A DNA stretch of 64,000 nt from Mobula hypostoma. Taxonomy: Eukaryota. Positions 62,181 through 64,000 of the stretch are shown in pieces. Every line of letters begins with the position of its first letter. The stretch's first letter is position 1. The notes under the pieces were generated by a model. It was not told the origin of the DNA. It did no database searches and saw only the letters and a program-made list of their open reading frames with translations. The position numbers and the translations under genes were made by a program. The stretch covers positions 372,001 through 436,000 of the forward strand of contig NC_086108.1 in NCBI RefSeq assembly GCF_963921235.1. The letters are read 5' to 3'.

Positions 62181-62904
62181 AGCACCAACTTGATTTTCCT
62201 AATCTGCTTGCATATTGATATCCCCCTTTTTACATGTCTTTTCCATTTCCCAATATAATTTGAAGAGCATTTGCTGAATACTGTAATTTACAACCTCATC
62301 CTGAAAGCCAAGTGACTGAACCCTCTTGACCATCCTCTCATGTGGGACCTTGTCAATGCCTTTGCTGAAGTCCATGTAAACTGCATCCACTGCCTCTCTT
62401 GCATTAACTTTCCTGGTAACTTATTCAATAAACTTGTTTAGAAAGACCTACCACACAAAAAACTAATGTTGATTATCCATAATCAGTCCCCATCTATTGA
62501 AATATTTATATATCCAGTCCCTTTGAATATCTTCTAATAACTTACCCACTCCTGATGTCAGAAACAGAATCAGAATCAGGTTCAATATCATCGCATATGT
62601 CGTGAAATTTGTTGCCTTTATGGCAGCAGTACAATGCGATATATAATAATTCCCTGTTGATTACAGCCTTTCTTAAACAACAGAGCAACATTACCCCATC
62701 CTCCAGTACATCATGCATCTTAAATACCTCTTCTAGGGCTCTAGAAAGTTATGCACTCACCAATTAAAGACCTTATCAGGCCCTGGGAACTTATCCAGCC
62801 CAATTTGCCTCAAAACAGCGAGCACCTCCTACTCTGTAATTGTATATGGTCCACGACCTCATTGCTGCGTACCTCGCTTCTATAGACTCCATGTCTATCT
62901 CCCA

Positions 62905-63620
62905 AGTTCAAAATTCAAAATAAAGTTATTATCAGTGCACGTTCATGTCACCACAGAGATTCTTTTCTGCAGACATATTTAGCAAATCTATAGAACAGTG
63001 GCAGTAAACTGTAAGCAAACTGTGCAAATGCAGACAGAAATAAATAACAATATAACAGAGTCCTTAAATGAGTGTAGCTTTTGTTCAGGAGCCTGACAGT
63101 TGAGGAGTAGTAACTGCCCTTGAACCTGGCGTAGTGAGTCCTGAGGCAGCCGAACCTTCTACCTGTTGGCAGCAGCGAGAAAAGAGCACGGCATGGGTGG
63201 GGAGGATCTTTGATGATGGATGTTGCTTTTCTACGGCAACCTTTCATGTAGATGTTCTCAATAGTTGGGAGAATTGTTCCCGTGATGTACTGGGCTAATT
63301 CCATGTCCTTTTGTAGGATTTCCCACTCAAAGGCATTGGAGATCCCATAGCAGCCAGTTGGCACACTTTCTACCACAGATCTATAGTTTTCCAAGCTTCT
63401 TGATGACATGCCGAACCTCCGCAGACTCCTGAGGAAGTAGAGGCACTGTCGTGCTTTCTTCACGATAATATTTATGTGATGAGTCCAGGATAGGTCATCT
63501 GAGATAGCGACAGCCAGGAATTTAACGTTATTGACCCTCTCTACCTCTGACCCTCCAATGAGTACTGGTTCATTGACCTCTGGTTTCCCTCTCCTGAAGT
63601 CTGTCATCAACTCTTTGGTC
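62905..63620 (-). mobile_element. Rex/L2-type LINE 3' fragment within an old CR1 (about 62200-64000)
   Basis: KTKELMTDFRR..VERVNNVKFL..DLSWTHH..KKARQCLYFLRSLRRFG..IIKDPPHP; (TTGAAC)-like tail. Confidence 0.8.
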
Positions 63621-64000
63621 TTATAAGTAAATACAGATGCAAAAAATCCATTGAAGGCCTTCCCTATTTCCTTCGGCTCCATGCATAGATGATCAATCTG
63701 ATCTTCTGGATTAATTTTGTACCTTACTATCTGTTTTCTCTTAATATATCTGGAGAAGCCCTTGTGATTCACCTTCACCTTGCCATCTTTTAGCCTCCAG
63801 ATTTCTTTCTTAATTGCTCTCTTACATTTCTTATGCTCCTCAAGTACCTCATTTGTTCTACCTACCTGTACCTGCTGTGTACCTTCGTCTTCTTCTTAAC
63901 CAGGCCTCGACATCTCTCAAAAATCAAGATTCTGACAGGAACAAATCATTTCTGTACTTTCAAAATTTAATTTTTGAAGGCCTCCCACTTACTAAACATA

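Noticed and set aside
62948..63778. 276-aa ORF
   Set aside because: In-frame chimera of an old CR1 and a nested Rex/L2 3' fragment.
1..64000. Prokaryotic systems (CRISPR, retrons, DGRs, operons)
   Set aside because: All RTs are eukaryotic LINE or Penelope types, spliceosomal exons are present, and no repeat-spacer array was seen.

Overview
Repeat-dominated vertebrate genomic DNA, most likely a cartilaginous fish such as a ray (inferred from the CR1, Penelope, Rex-Babar and V-SINE families present). It is mostly nested non-LTR retrotransposons (CR1, L1, Nimb/I-like, Rex-Babar, RTE/BovB, Penelope-like), plus Tc1 relics, a solo LTR and a gag/pol-less ERV remnant with a gamma-type env. Two damaged host genes are buried in the repeats. 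(i) A phospholipase C delta-type gene on the minus strand has PH-domain exons at 26074-26238 and 20303-22509; the second is split by a young CR1 and has a mutated acceptor. A candidate first exon (29762-30495) encodes a hydrophobic anchor. (ii) A SPATA25-like terminal exon lies on the plus strand (56306-57134) with a frameshift. Between the genes is a large inverted duplication (31327-43407 versus 48860-55833) whose junctions indicate an inversion with a duplicated breakpoint. Undoing it places a CRE-containing unique segment and an ATG|GTAAGT exon upstream of the SPATA25-like exon, head-to-head with the PLC gene. Everything was read by eye; no alignments or database searches were run.
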